Shown here piece after piece: positions 39,612 to 55,045 of a stretch of DNA of 64,000 bases (positions within the stretch are counted from its first letter, which is position 1; each line of letters begins with the position of its first letter). The notes below the pieces were generated by a model. It saw only the letters and a list, made by a program, of their open reading frames with translations, was not told where the DNA came from and made no database searches. This stretch comes from Eledone cirrhosa (taxonomy: Eukaryota). The translations under genes were made by a program, and so were the position numbers. The stretch lies in NCBI GenBank assembly GCA_964016885.1, contig OZ024744.1, positions 37,138,001 to 37,202,000 on the forward strand. The letters run 5' to 3'.

Positions 39612-39784
39612 GTGAGAGGATAACAAGATATCGTTATTGGTAATCCAATTAGAGGCTGTGAGTACTTCTTATCATGGATAGTTTTAGCGTACGGCCTTGT
39701 ATGACTCAACAAGAGTTTTACGTAGATGACGAATTTATGATGTCACTTGTATTCCTATGTAAGTTTATCTTGGAGTAATAAAAT

Positions 39785-40999
39785 TGAAAAAGTGGAGAAT
39801 AACATGGTCATCAGTACAAAGAAGGAGGTTTATTTACAGTCTAACAGTTGTTTCATTGATAGAGTTGTCTAAAAATTGCTAAACACTGAAAGTAGTGCCA
39901 CTCAATTTAAAATACATGTTGGCCCCCATCATATTTTCAGAAGCTTTCAAAAAATATAAATATATGCGTAACCGGCAAATTTACAAATTCAAATTACAAC
40001 ATCAATAATGATATTAATAATAAAGAGATAGAGAGAAAAAAAAAGGAAGGGAGATAGATATAGTAAAGAGAGAAAGGAAGGGAAGAAGAAAGAATAATTT
40101 AGGCCTTAGCATTACTTTTGAACCCAACTCTAAAAGAGTCAACTTCTTGGATGTATCGTTCAACCTTAACTCAGGACTAATAGAACCCTTCCATAAGAAT
40201 AATGAAAATTTAGCTTACATTGATCATAACTCTAACCACCCTAGATACATAATTAACTCCATAGCACATAGAATGACTATGATTAACAAGAATCTTTCGA
40301 ATACAACAACTCTCGCCAATAAAATCTGGCAACTCAAGAATGCAAACATAGAATATGAAATCAGCTGGACAAAACTATCAAAAGCAAGGGCCTATCAAAT
40401 TGGTATGTCCCACTGCAGTCTCTGTAATATGGAACTTTTCCAAATTTTAAATTTCAACAAAATTCTTCTTAACAGTAAAATTGAACGAATTATTTTTTGT
40501 CGACATAAATCAGCAACGAAATTCGAGAACTTTAGACCAACTTAATTCCATCTTATCTATTCCATAACCCTGATTGTACCACTTGGATCTACTACGATAT
40601 CACATTATCAGCAGCATCTTCACCATTATAATTACCATAGAACAGCATCAACACTTCTTATATGTACATTCTTATTTTATATATCTCTATCTTTCACTCT
40701 CTATTTTTGTATTTCTCTCCCTAAACTTATTTTAGCACGGTCATTTTATCTTATCATATAATATATCTTAAAACTAGTTAATTTACTTTTAAAATAACCA
40801 ATACACACATAAATATATTTAACATTATCATATTTTCAACTTAATATCTATCCATATATTTAACAATTATCAAAAACTATTCTCAATAATCTTAACATGT
40901 TTAAATATTCTTCGTACATTTTTACTTCTTTTACATATTTATTTATTTTCGTCTTCACTTTTCACATATTATACTATTTTATATTACATTAGATGTAAT

Positions 41000-41046
<47 letters not shown>

Positions 41047-41688
41047 CTTATTTATTTATCTATCAATTTTTTATATATATTTTTTTATATATTTTTTCAT
41101 TTATTTCCTCCTATATTTCTATATATCTATCTTTAATTTTATTTACATTTATTCATGTATTAACGTTTATTCATCTATTTGCCCCTCTACCATCTTCTCT
41201 CTATCCTATTTCTACTTGTGTTTGTCTATCATACTCGTCTATTTGTCCCTCCACGTTCTTCTCTCTATCCTACGCTATCTCTACTTGTGTTTTTCTATAA
41301 TATTTTATACATTTTATTTTTAGCTGTAATAATTTCTCCTCCTTCTTCTTTCTCCATCTCATATTCTTTTTCCTTCTTCTTCTTTCTTCTTCCCTTCATT
41401 TCTCTCTTTATTATATCTATCTCCCTTCCTTTTTTTCTCTCTATATCTTTATTATTAATATTATTATTGATGTTGTAATTTGAATTTGTAAATTTGCGGT
41501 TACGTATATATTTATATTTTTTGACAGTTTCTGGAGATATGATGGGGCCAACATATATTTTAAATTGAGTGGCACTACTTTCAGTGTTTAACAATTTTTA
41601 GACAACTCTATCAGTGAAAAAATTGTTAGACTGTAAATAAATCTCCTTTTTCGTACTGTTGACCATGTTATTCTCTAGTTTTTCAATT
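39785..41688 (+). mobile_element. Internally deleted Naiad-type PLE with an inverted terminal copy of about 310 bp
   Basis: ORF 40147-40545 joins RT thumb (FLDV..SNHP) to the endonuclease C-terminus (IWQLK..CSLC..LLNSK..CRH). 39785-40094 is the reverse complement of 41380-41688. Confidence 0.8.
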
Positions 41689-41701
41689 ATATATATATAT
41701 G

Positions 41702-41751
<50 letters not shown>

Positions 41752-42346
41752 TAAAATTAGTCCGTCATCAGTGATCTTCCAACCGTCATTAGTATTTCTT
41801 CGCATTAAAGATCATATACCTCTCGCTGGTGCGAGCAATAATTAAAAAAAGTTATTGGGACACGTAAAATAGGGCGAAGCGAGCGAGACATGTAAACAAA
41901 AAGATATGGTAATGCAACGGATAGAGAGGAAGAGGAGTAACAAGTATGTGATATCTGTGAACTTAAGTTCTTTCAAATCATAGACGAGGAGAGATACATA
42001 CGTCCGAGCCGAGTGAGATGTAAACGAGAAAAGGATATTACACAGGTCAAGCGGGAGGAAGTGAGAGAGGGAGAGTAGCAGAGAGTGAGTGAGTGAAAGT
42101 GTGAGGAAGAGGCCAGCTGAGAGAGAGTGACTGGCAGATGGGGTAAAATAAAGGTGAGAGATACAGAGAAAGGGGAAGCAGTAAGAAAGAAACAGACAGG
42201 TCACAGCGGAGGAAAAAATATATATATATATATGAAAAATGGCGTGCTGCGTGTTGCAAATGGGATACATATAAATAAAATGAGTCCGTCATAAGTGATC
42301 TATATATATCACTGATGTATATATATCAGTGATCTATATATATCAG

Positions 42347-42397
<51 letters not shown>

Positions 42398-42469
42398 AGT
42401 AGATACATATATGCATATATATATCTAAACACATATATATATATATCTATATATATATATATACACATG

Positions 42470-42519
<50 letters not shown>

Positions 42520-42784
42520 CATATATATACATATATATATATGTGTGTGTGTGTAGATATATATATGCATATATATATCTACACACACACACACACATAT
42601 ATATATATATGTATATATATATAGGAGGAAGTTATAGTTCACTTAAAGCATTGTGTAATGAGGTATAAACGTGTGTATATGTATAATAAAGCCAAAACAA
42701 TGCAGGTATGGACATAGAATAAAGAATGCAAATGCAAAAGATATTGTTGACAATTAGTCTTTTACCTTAGATTTATTTAAATGT

Positions 42785-42819
42785 CCTTAATTTTCGAGAT
42801 AATAACTCTTCTTCAGAGG
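42785..42819 (-). ncRNA. Minimal type I hammerhead, intact core
   Basis: CCT-CTGAAGA-A-GAG ttattat CTC-GAAA-AT-TA-AGG. The copies at 44852-44886 and 47985-48019 (+) have CCGAAGA. Confidence 0.85.
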
Positions 42820-43145
42820 GAAGTAAAGCGGTTAAACTAGTGTTCTAAATAGCTTGCCAAGTCACGGAGACAGGAAATGGTATAGAGTATCTGTTCTATC
42901 TCTAATGTCAAAGAGTTAAGGTTAGGTGGATAAAGAGTAGTCTACATTTAACAGGGTTTTTTTGTACATGCCTGTTTAAATGTGTGGGGGAATGTGTGAG
43001 GTGTAAGTATGTGTGTGTGTGTGAGTGTGAGAAGATATGTCTATACGTAAATGTGGGGATAGATGTTATCTCGTGTTAGAACTGGTCTTTGTGTGTGTAT
43101 GTGTGTGTGTGAGAGAGAATAAGTGGAGGTGTAAGCGTGTGTGTG

Positions 43146-43248
<103 letters not shown>

Positions 43249-45019
43249 ATGTGCGTGCGTGTGTGTTTGTGGGAGGGGGTTTAAATATGGGGCTAGATGC
43301 TCTATCAAGTTATAAATTGGGTGTTGAGTCTATTATTGATTGGTGGTTATGTTTTGTCTATAATTAGTGCTTCCTTAATTCTAAGATTGCCGAGATTTCT
43401 TTGCTTAGTTTCAATCCGAAATGTTATGATTTTGTCGGTGTTTTTGCATTTAACTAGGTGTTTCTTAAATGAGGAAGCGTTAGTATTGAGGTGTTCTTTT
43501 ATTCTTATGTGGAGTGGTCTGGTGGTGCTACCTACGTAGAAGTTGCTGCATTTGTCACACTCTAGTCTGTATACGACGTAAGCCTAGTGGCATAGGTCTG
43601 TGTCGTTGATGGGGCAGTTGGCTAGTCTGCAGCAGTTATCATGTCTGGTGGAGTTTCTTTTGGTTAGCTGTCCGCGTAGAGAAGGACCTGAGTGGGCCAG
43701 TTGGATATCTAGTCCCTCTCGTCTGATGGCTCTGCGGATGGCTGTTGTTGTTTCGTCACTGAAGTGTGGGAGCTTCAGGAAGCAAGTGTTAGTGCCTCGG
43801 GTGTGGTGTACTCTGTTCTTTCTGGCACGGTTTGTGGTGGATGTCGTGTATCCGTTCAGTTTGCGTACTTCCAGGAAATGTGTGGTGTGTGTGCCTCGGT
43901 CTCTAGAGTCGGTGCATTTGTTCCGGATACGTGTTAGTTTGTTCCTTATGTATCCGAACTTAGCGCTGGCTGGGAGGGCCGATCTGAAATGTACGAACAG
44001 GTCCCTGCTGGCGGCTTTTTTATAGAAGCAGGTGGGATGTTGCCTTCCTCTGTTACCCTGCGTTGGAAGTCCAGTAGGGATAGGGATCCGCGGTCATCGG
44101 GTTGTTCCATGCTGAATTTTATACTGGCCCATCAACGACACAGACCTATGCCACCAGGCTTACGTCGTATACGGACTAGAGTGCGACAAATGCAGAAACT
44201 TCTACGTTGGTAGCACCACCAGACCACTCCACATAAGAATAAAAGAAAACCTCAAAACTAACGCTTCCTCATTTAAGAAACACCAAATTAAATGCAAAAA
44301 CACCGACAAAACCATAACAGTTAGGATAGAAACTAAGGAAAGAAACCTCGGCAATCTTAGAATTAAGAAAGCACTAATTATAGACAAAACACAACCACCA
44401 ATCAATAATAGACTAGAACTCAACACCCAATTTATAACTTGATAGATCTTCTAGCCCCATATTTACACACACCCCCTCCCACACACACACACACACGCAC
44501 ACAAACACGCACACACACACACACACACACACGCTTACACCTACACTTATTCTCACTCACACACACACACACACAAAGACCAGTTCTAACACGAGATAAC
44601 ATATATCCGCTACATTTACGTATAGACATAATTTCTCACACTCACACACACACACACACATACTTACACCTCACACATTCCCCCACACACTTAAACAGGC
44701 ATGTACAAAAAAAAAACTTTTAAAGGGAGACTACTCTTTATCCACCTAACCTTAACACTTTGACATTAGAGATAGAACAGATACTCTATACCATTTCCTG
44801 TCACCATGATTTGGCAAGCTATTTAGAACACTGGTTTATCCGATTTACTTCCCTCCGAAGAAGAGATATTATCTCGAAAATTAAGGACATTTAAATAAAT
44901 CTAAGGTAAAAGACTAATTGTCAACAATATCTTTTGCATTTGCATTCTTTATTCTATGTCCATACCTGCATTGTTTTGGCTTTATTATACATATACAAAC
45001 GTTTATACCTCATTACACA

Positions 45020-47584
45020 ATGCTTCAGGTGAACTATAACTTCCTCCTTTCCTTACTCCTGAGCCAGGCGCAGTTCACAACTGTATAGAAACTCTTCCAG
45101 CTATCTGAAAAGCGCGCCAAAGTCGACTGCCAAATAAACTTCCTAAAACGATGCCTGAATAACAACATCATCCCCAAAACTATCAAAAACTTGCACCTAC
45201 CAACATGCTTCAATTCACCAGGCCTCAAACGATCACTTAGCTACATACAAAAATTCTGCCTAAGAAAACTCCTACAACACCTATACCGCACGCTACAACA
45301 ACGCATACGGACTATTTCTGCCTTGTACCACAACTCGCTGAAACCCCAGAACCTCTGTCCAGAGTTTTCTCCGCCGCTATAGACATGTCATACCACCATC
45401 GCCGAAACTACGAGAAAATACGCCTAACGCAAACATTTCTCAAACTCAGCAAGGCTAACCGGCTTAACAACATCCCAACTCTAAGCACCACCAGAGGCGA
45501 ACAAGACGGTACCAACACCGAACCTAGCGGCGCCCCGACCAACAACACACCTGACGCAAAACACCTCGTCACAGATGACAGGATCCCTCTCCCGAGAGGA
45601 ATTAGGCCTCCTCAGCCTGGGTCCCAAGTTCATATTGAAACAGAGACTGGACGACAAAATATGGCTCGACATAGAAACGAATTTTTGTCGGTCTACCTCC
45701 CAATTAAAATGGATATAGACTCTCGGCAACAACACCACGAAACCTAACAAACCCAGATTCCCGATATACCAACTGGATCGCCCACTCTGTCCACCGCCTG
45801 CCAACCGCGAGCTTGAAGAAAGACTCTCGAGGCTAAAACATTCCGTATTTAACATCTTATGGAAACAGAAGAAGATAGCCCCAAACCTCTCCAGCACACA
45901 ACAACTCGACCTGAAGAACCTACGGAATAGGGAACTTATATAGTTACCATCCGACAAAGGTAAAGAGTTTTGCGTCATCTCCCAAGCCACATACAACAAC
46001 CTAGCCTTTGAACACCTAAGCGACAATGAATTATACACAAAGATCCCGGACATGACTGCAGCCCAGATCGTAAAACAGACCAACTCCATCTGGTTCGACA
46101 TCTGTAAGAGAAGACAACTCCGAAATAAAGTTAAGCTCAACTAGACCACTAGAAATAGCAGACTGCCCACTTTCTACCACCTCATCAAGACCCACAAGAA
46201 TAGTACTAAGACACAAATAAGACACATCGTCTCTAGCATAGAAAGACCCCTATACAAAATTTCCTGGCTCCTCTCCCAGATCCTCAAGCCTCTACTCTCC
46301 ACCTTTCCCGGGCAGGTCAGTAGCTCCGACGAAGTCATACGTAGACTACACCAACTCCAGCCAGAACAACTTAAACTAAATAGATACGCTTTTAGCCTCG
46401 ACGTTGTCTCCCTCTACACTACAGTTCCCGCTCATCCAGCTGTCGATTTATTGACGGACTGCGTGGTCGCAGAGGACATCCACTGCTACGGCCTCCTTCC
46501 GACGGACATACACCAGCTTTTGTCCTTCACAGTGGACAACACGTACTTCACCTTCCACCACCACACATACAGACAGACAACAGGATTACCCATGGGATCC
46601 ATCCTATCGGGCCTGCTGGCCATCACCTATATGAACCAGCTAGAATGCCGAGCCCTCAACACCTGCCATTCCCATACCTTCTTCACCCGATATGTAGATG
46701 ACATACTCATCCTTACATCATCCCGTGAGGAGGCGGATAAAATATACATGACATTCTCCAGCATGGACGCCAGTATAGAGTTCAGCATGGAACACCCCGA
46801 TGACCGAGGATCCCTATCCCTACTGGACTTCCAACTCAGGGTAACAGAGGAAGGCAACATCCACACTTACTTCTGTAAAAAAGCCGGCAGCAGGGACCTG
46901 TTCGTACATTTCAGATCGGCCCTCCAAGCCAGCGCTAAGTTCGGATACATAAGGAACAAACTAACACGTATCCGGAACAAATGCACCGACGCTAGAGACC
47001 GAGACACACACACCACACATTTACTGAACGGATACACGACTTCCACCACAAACCGTGCCAGAAAGAACAGAGGACACCGCACCCGAGGCACTAACACTTG
47101 CTTCCTGAAGCTCCCACATTTCAGTGACGAAACAACAACAGCCATCTGCACAACTATCAGACGAGAGGGACTAGATATCCAACTGGCCCACTCAGGTCCT
47201 TCTCTACGCGGACAGCTAACCAAAAGACACTCCACCAGACATGACAACCGCTGTAGGCTAGCCAACTTCCCCATCAACGACACAGACCTATGCCACCAGG
47301 CTTACGTCGTATACAGACTAGAGTGCGACAAATGCAGCAACATCTACGTAGGTAGCACCACCAGACCACTCCACATAAGAATAAAAGAACACCTCAATAC
47401 TAACGCCTCCTCATTTAAGAAACACCTAGTTAAATGCAAAAACACCGACTAAACCATAACAGTTAGGATAGAAACTAAGCAAAGAAACCTCGGCAATCTT
47501 AGAATTAAGGAAGCACTAATTATAGACAAAACACAACCACCAATCAATAATAGACTAGAACTCAACACCCAATTTATAACTTGA
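45020..47584 (+). pseudogene. PLE RT plus GIY-YIG ORF with stops and frameshifts
   Basis: FLKRCL..IIPK N-terminus, SLDVVSLYT, GLPMGS, RYVDD, VVY..C..C..YVGSTTRPLHIRIKEH. Confidence 0.92.
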
Positions 47585-48395
47585 TAGATCTTCTAGCCCC
47601 ATATTTACACACACACCCCACACACACACACGCACACACGCACACACACACACACACACTCACACGCTTACACCTCCACTTATTCTCTCTCTCACACACA
47701 CATACACACACAAAGACCAGTTCTAACACGAGATAACATGTACCCCCCACATTTACGTATAGACATATCTTATCACATTCTCACACACACACATACTTAC
47801 ACCTCACACATTCCCCCACACACTTAAACAGGCATGTACAAAAAAATAACTTTTAATGGGCGACTACTCTTTATCCACCTAACTTTAATTCTTTGACATT
47901 AGAGATAGAAAAGATACTCTATACCATTTCCTGTCAGCATGACTTGGCATGCTATTTAGAACACTGGTTTAACCGCTTTACTTCCCTCCGAAGAAGAGAT
48001 ATTATCTCGAAAATTAAGGACATTTAAATAAATCTAAGGTAAAAGACTAATTGTCAACAATATCTTTTGCATTTGCATTCTTTATTCTATGTCCATACCT
48101 GCATTGTTTTGGCTTTATTATACATATACAAACGTTTATATATATATATATATTAGAAATTGAGGTTCTTATACAAAATGAAAAATAACCGAGGTGTCCT
48201 ACACGAGTGAATGTATAAGGAAAAAAGATGAAATCGAAAATGCGACTGGAGTTTTTTTATATATAAAAAAAGACTCCAGTTGCCCTTTCGATTTCATCTT
48301 CTTTCCTTATATAAATATACATATGTGTGTGTGTGAGTGTGTGTGTGTGTGTGTGTTTGTGTGTTTGTGTGTGTGTCTTTGTGTGTTGTGTGTGT

Positions 48396-48472
<77 letters not shown>

Positions 48473-48482
48473 CATATATATA

Positions 48483-48555
<73 letters not shown>

Positions 48556-48560
<5 letters not shown>

Positions 48561-49388
48561 AGTATATTTTGGTTGTTTACCGACACCTCAGTATGCAGAT
48601 TGAAGCACTACGGAATAATGTAAAATAAAGTAATTAAGTTAAATATTTAAGATTTGGCTTAGTTTATTAAAGATGTACTGCTATATATATTTCGGTGACA
48701 GCCATCATTGGCTGTGACCTTTTCAGGCAGTTCGAATTCGTGTGGTAGAGACAGGTACACATGTTGTTAAAGTGTTTTACTCCGTCAATATTCCGATGTG
48801 TCCAGCTCCTGGTTGTGTTGTTATTTCTCTGAGGAACTGGAATCATATGAATTCGAACAAACGAATTTTGGCACCATACGACACTCTCGCCTCCCATTGG
48901 TCAGTTGTGAGAACATTCCTCACACAAAAGTCTATAAAAATTGTTCTTCTGAGGCAAGACAATCTGTTGTGGTTGTTTTTGTTAAGTACAGCTGACCTCC
49001 TGCCTTCTGTTTATTGGTGTTATGCGGTCAGCTGGCAGGTCAGCGTTAGTTCTACTGCTGCTGACTTTAGAAGAATGAGTGTGTGTGGGTTAGCATCAAT
49101 CCCACCACCATTTCACGTGGAGGGGGTGCCAAACAGATAATGGAACCAGATAAGGTAAAATAGGATAAAACAAATAATTAAATAATAAGGTACGATACAA
49201 TAAAATGAAGAAGAAAAAGTATTGACGGAGTAAAACACTTTAACAACATGTGTACCTGTCTCTACCACACCAATTCGGACTGCCTGAAGAGGTCACAACC
49301 AATGATGGCTGTCACCGAAATATATATAGCAGTACATCTTTAATAAACGAAGCCAACTCTTAAATATTTGACTTAATTACTTTATTTT

Positions 49389-49390
<2 letters not shown>
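48556..49390. mobile_element. Fold-back PLE-terminal-repeat insertion, same family as 10855-11352
   Basis: About 48620-48790 is the reverse complement of about 49220-49390. Hammerhead motifs in both arms. Confidence 0.75.
49279..49333 (+). ncRNA. Type I hammerhead ribozyme
   Basis: ACTGC-CTGAAGA-GGTCACAACC aatgat GGCTGTCACC-GAAA-TATATA-TA-GCAGT, then AATAAA. Confidence 0.85.
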
Positions 49391-49419
<29 letters not shown>

Positions 49420-49539
49420 CTAACTGTCTATAGTTAGTATTCTTTTCACCTTAGCGAATCGGGTCCCTTGCGATTTGAACACATATATCTATATATCTGT
49501 GTTCGTTTTTCTTTTATATTCTATTATATATATATATAT

Positions 49540-50310
49540 TCATTTAAGATTATATAGTGAGCCTTGTTATTCTGGAATTTCACCTGTTTATCACAGATTC
49601 ATCAGACAAGAATATTTCCATAGCAGCACAGTATAAATACAAAGACACTGGAGATAGGGGAGGGGAGATTTAATTAGGATGGAGTAATTCAGATAGGGTG
49701 AACAGTGTGGTGGTGACAGTAGGGGAAGAGGGGGAGGATAGGATTATGTGAAAAAGGTGATAATGGATGGCATTACGCTTACAATAGAACTTTAACTAGT
49801 GAATGCGAGGCAGGTGATGAATGTGAAGGTTGGTGTGTAGGGGATTAGTGAAAAGGTTGGGGAATTGGTAAGATAAATTGGTGGATGCAATATACATATT
49901 TATGCAATTACACATGTACATAAATGTATATACATGCAAACATATATACATACACACTGAATCCACATATGTAGGTGCTTACATATATATAAATAAATAT
50001 ATATGTATGCACACAAACGCACCTATACATATAAAAGCCATATAAGGAAAAATGTAAAAATATTATTAAAGATTTTGTCTATAGGGAGGAGGATAGTGTT
50101 TCCTCCCGAGAGTTCAAGATGTTAGTTGATAAGGCTATGATATATAGTGTTTCAGTGATACATGAGGCACATCGCGTGTTCATCCGGTTGTAGGCCTTCG
50201 CGTTTGCCACAATACTCCATTTGATGATGGGGTCTGTGATCACGCTGTCTTTCAGTTGCCAAATATAATTTGACAAAGATGTTGAATTCTGCACTCGCCA
50301 CTTATTGAAC
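49540..50310 (-). mobile_element. 5'-truncated Naiad-type PLE (endonuclease C-terminus and 3' region)
   Basis: NSTSLSNYIWQLK..IKWSIV..C..C.TE..ILNSREE, followed by a hammerhead. Confidence 0.8.
49563..49610 (-). ncRNA. Type I hammerhead ribozyme
   Basis: CTTGT-CTGATGA-ATCTGT gataa ACAGGT-GAAA-TTC ca GAA-TA-ACAAG. Confidence 0.9.
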
Positions 50311-50600
50311 GTACATCACATATATATCGTCAACTAACATGAATTGAAGAAAATCTCGATCGCTCGAGAATAGCTGTGAAAAACAGCTTTTGAAAATCGG
50401 GTCGAAATATCCCTTTAGACAGAAAAAGTGTCCAGCAGCCGCTATACAGAATCTGACTCTGTTGGAGAGGTACAGTTACATTCTCTGGAGCGGGTACTAT
50501 CCATTTTTTTTTACCAGTACGGGTGTTTCAAGCCTATTTTCTAAAGCCTTTCTTTCGCAGCTATTCTCCTGTGTTGGATCTCTCTCTCTCTCTCTCTCTA

Positions 50601-50676
<76 letters not shown>

Positions 50677-50759
50677 TCTCTCTCTCTCTCCTCTCCCCCC
50701 ATCTCTCTCTGTCTATATATATATATATATATATTTATATACAATGTATGTATGTAAAA

Positions 50760-50970
50760 GGTAAAAAAAAATAACAACACAAACGATACAGTATATGGAA
50801 GGAATATATTAGTTTAACGCTTGAAATAGCAGTAAGAGGGTCTTAACGTTTCGGACGCTAGTCCTTCGCCAGAAAAAAGAATGAGAAATTAGAAAGATTG
50901 AAGGGCCGGGCTAAACGGAATCGAAAAAAATGTGTTTAGAAAAAAATAACAGGTCCATTTATGTCGCTAT
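50760..50970 (-). mobile_element. Third copy of the short hammerhead element, core decayed to CTGGCGA
   Basis: Aligns by eye with 15465-15675. Confidence 0.7.
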
Positions 50971-52329
50971 TTCTTGGAAAACTGTTGGTACTGGCGTTTT
51001 GTGCATGATATTCTTTTTTTTAGAAAAGTGTATGATGGAGCGCGTCTACCTGAAATGGAAAAAAACCTTTTGTATATAGAGCTATATGTATGCGTGTGCG
51101 TATATATGTGTGTGTATATGTGTATGTGTGTGTGTATGTGTATTTTATTATACGTCCGTACGAAGCTAAGATGATGTGTGCGTGTATTTGTAAGTAAAAG
51201 AGAGTGTGTGGGTTGGCTTGTAAGTACGAAGCTGCGAGCAAAGGTATGTTAATATAAGAGTGTGTATGTGTATACAGAGCTGTGAAGGGAAAAGAAGAGG
51301 TGTGTGTGCGTATTTAGCTGTAGCAGTTGTAAGTGTATATGTTTCTGACCATAAAAGAGCCATAGGAATCTAGGGTTGAAAGTACAAGTGAGTCTATGAT
51401 AATGGACGGAGTAAATGTGACAGGGCAAAGGGTAGAGAAGTAAGCAGGAACGTATATGTATTATATATATAGAGAGAGAGAGAGAACAAAGACGCTGTGG
51501 TAAGATACCAGGTGGACTATAGTGTACTAGAGTACTCAATACTTAGGATAGTAGAGTGGGTAATAGCAAAAGAATCAGGACACCTGCGGCTAGGTTCCGG
51601 TCGTTTCGACAGCTAGATCCGAACTCATAGAAGGGAATGGATTTCGGATATGAAAACATCATTTTCGACTATTCCCTCGTCTTTAGATTGGATAACCTCG
51701 GAAACGTAACCTTATTACATAAAAATGATGTTTGATGATACGGCGTCACCGGTTACATCATTGAACAATCGCGTAGTCTCGATCATCATTGATATATCTA
51801 TCACAGCTTTTTAATACAGGACTCTTTAGCATCTATACCGAACTTCGTATTTTCTTTATTTCTATATTATATATGTGTGTGCGCGTGTGCACGCATGCTC
51901 GTGCGTGCGTGTGTGTGTGTGTGTGTGTGTGTATGTTGTATGTGTGTGTTGTGTGTGTGTTCACGTATGTATTTATGCATGTATGTAATTGTGTATGAAT
52001 GTAGAGGTAGGCAGACAGAAATAGATAGAAAAAGCGAGGTAGAGAAGGAGTGATATAGAAAAGGAAAGAGAAAGAGAATATTGCCAAATGTCCATTCATT
52101 TTTTAGTTACATTATATATTCAAATTAATATAAAATATATAAAAGAAAACATGGTAAATGTGGTTATGGAATACAACGGATCTTTAACATTAGAAAATTT
52201 AATAACGTAATTGTTAGATCAATATATATACTCGGTGTAAATATAGCTACCCTTCAGACATATTTGCTGCTGATTATTCTACAAACTACATTCATCTATT
52301 TAAAATTTACTATATAAGTAATTGGAAAT

Positions 52330-52435
52330 GGTGGCGAAGTGGCGGAGTCGTTAGAGCGCCGGATAGAATGCATTGAATACAAATTTCGTCGAGGTCAACT
52401 TTATTTCTTTTCACTTTCTTCGAGTACGATAAATA
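52330..52435 (+). mobile_element. Degenerate tRNA SINE head
   Basis: TGGCGGAGTCGTTAGAGCGCCGG A-box region, AAATTTCGTCGAGGTCAACTTT. Confidence 0.5.
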
Positions 52436-52575
52436 AATATATATATATATATATATATCCAGGGAGTGTAACGTGAAGTTACTGTAGGTTCGCCCAGGGG
52501 AGCACACGATGTTTGGGTTCACGTCAGTAGCGAGGTGTAGAGCTCGACAGATGCAATATAATATATATGTATATA

Positions 52576-52613
<38 letters not shown>

Positions 52614-53308
52614 GTTATAAGTTTGAAGAATAGTCAGACATTCTGACTGTTCTTTAAACTTATAATTTTATATACCTCTGATTGATAATTATTTACTTAA
52701 TTCATTCATTTATCGAGCCACACCGTTGAAGATAACCAATACCCATATATGTATTTGGGACTATGTTTAAACACACACACACACACACACACACAGACAC
52801 ACATATATATATATATATATAAATATATATATAATATAAGATCAAAATATGGTTAAAAGAGTTACATGTAATTTATTATGCGCATTTCAAAAACAAATAT
52901 CATCATGGGATGATATTTGCGTTCTCTTCAGATAAAATAGGGAGACATGATATGAAGCTTAAAAAAAACTTGCGAGCAGTGAAGTGTTAGATCAACATAT
53001 GAAAAATAAAGTAAGATGGATATATGAGATTGGAAAAAATAAGGAGGAGGGGGGGGGGAGGAAAAAGGTGAGGAAGAAAGAAAATAAAGGATGACGGGGG
53101 AGGAGTATAAGAAGGAAGGATGAGAGAGGAGGAGAAATGGGTGAGAGAGAGAGAGATAACCTTTAATACTGAGAAACACTCTCAGAGGAAATAAAAAAAA
53201 ACCGTTGTAAGATAATACATAATTTTAAAAAAAATTTGAAATTAAAAGTTAATGAGGTTTATGAATGGTGATGCTTATGATTATTGTGCTACAATAAAAC
53301 TCACCTCC

Positions 53309-53443
<135 letters not shown>

Positions 53444-53466
53444 GTGTGCGTGTGTGTACACATACA

Positions 53467-53517
<51 letters not shown>

Positions 53518-53554
53518 CTACAACCTCGGTTTATACCTAATATATATATTATAT

Positions 53555-53808
53555 ATAAATGTAATCTGAGTTTTTCGAATATTAATAATAACATTCGATT
53601 CATTTGCAATTATACAAGCAAGCCTCAATGCTATAGCCATGTCAGTAGAATGAACCCTTCATTCTAGCTCTTGTGTTCACATGCCAACACAAGAGCAAGA
53701 ATGAAGGGTTCATTCTACTGACATGGCTATAAAAATGAGGCTTGTTTGCATAATTGCAAACGAATCGAATGTTATTATTAATATTCGAAAAACTCAGATT
53801 ACATTTAT
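53555..53808. repeat. Hairpin with arms of about 120 bp and an 8-nt spacer, in (TA)n
   Basis: 53555-53677 is the reverse complement of 53686-53808. Confidence 0.85.
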
Positions 53809-53875
53809 TGTATACAGCCATATAGAGCGAACATTTTCTTTATATATATATGTATGTATATATATAAATATATAT

Positions 53876-53961
<86 letters not shown>

Positions 53962-53962
53962 G

Positions 53963-54010
<48 letters not shown>

Positions 54011-54799
54011 TACATATATATATATATACATATATCCCTCACATGCTCTCTCTCTATATATATATATCTCACGTAACACACACACTCTCTCTCTCTCTCT
54101 CTCTATCTCTATCTCTCTCTCTATCTATCTATCTATCTATCTCTGTTCCTAGATGAAATCGGCTATAGACACTTCTGGTTAGGGTTGATAGAGAAAAAAA
54201 GAAAGGGAGAAAGGCGGAAACTGACCGAGAAAGAAAAATGTGGGAAAGAAAGAGGGAGAAAAAATAAGAAAATATGCGTACGTGGACATAACCTTCTAGC
54301 CGGGTATGTAGATACACACTATATAGTTATATCACTCAGAGAGTTATTCGATAAATGATCAAAGAAAATTCGAATGTATGAAATTCGTCTTTAGTAAAGC
54401 TGATCTTACAGAAGAGTTAAGAATGTCACTGTCCAAATAGCAGTAGCCGTTGAATACCACTACACAGCACCTTACACATGTAAGAGTCATCAGACAAAAA
54501 GACTTGTGAATGAAATTTGGCAGGCAGATGGAATGGTTAATGTTCTTAAATCAGAGACTCAATACATCTCCCGCTTTGACATTAGCTGGCATTTGAATAC
54601 ATTCAACAAAGCTCTCTCAATTTGAAGTTATGCGTTTGACAATAATTTCCTGCTTTTCTCTTTCAAAAGCCCCACAAGGAATGATAAACACTGCCTGTCA
54701 TCCAGCGAAGAAAACATTAGTATCATAAAAGTCCAAATACACTCGTGAATTAGGACTAGAAACCTGATAATGTAACCAATTAAAATGCCAGTTATAATT

Positions 54800-55045
54800 A
54801 TCCCAGTGTATTACTGGTACTTTATCGACCCCGTAAGGATGAAAGGCAAAGTTAACCTCGGCGGGATTTGAACTCAGACCATAAAGGGACGTAACTCTAT
54901 GCTGCAAGGCATGGTGTCTGACCTTCTACCGATACTGCCAATCCATCGAGGCAAAGTTATCCTGGTGGGATTTGAACTCTGAACGTAAAGGGTCATAACT
55001 TCTATGCTGCAAAGCATGGTGTCTGACGCTCTACCGATACTGACT
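54800..55045 (-). mobile_element. Two tandem Meta-like SINE copies
   Basis: Same blocks as 6954-7102. Confidence 0.75.
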
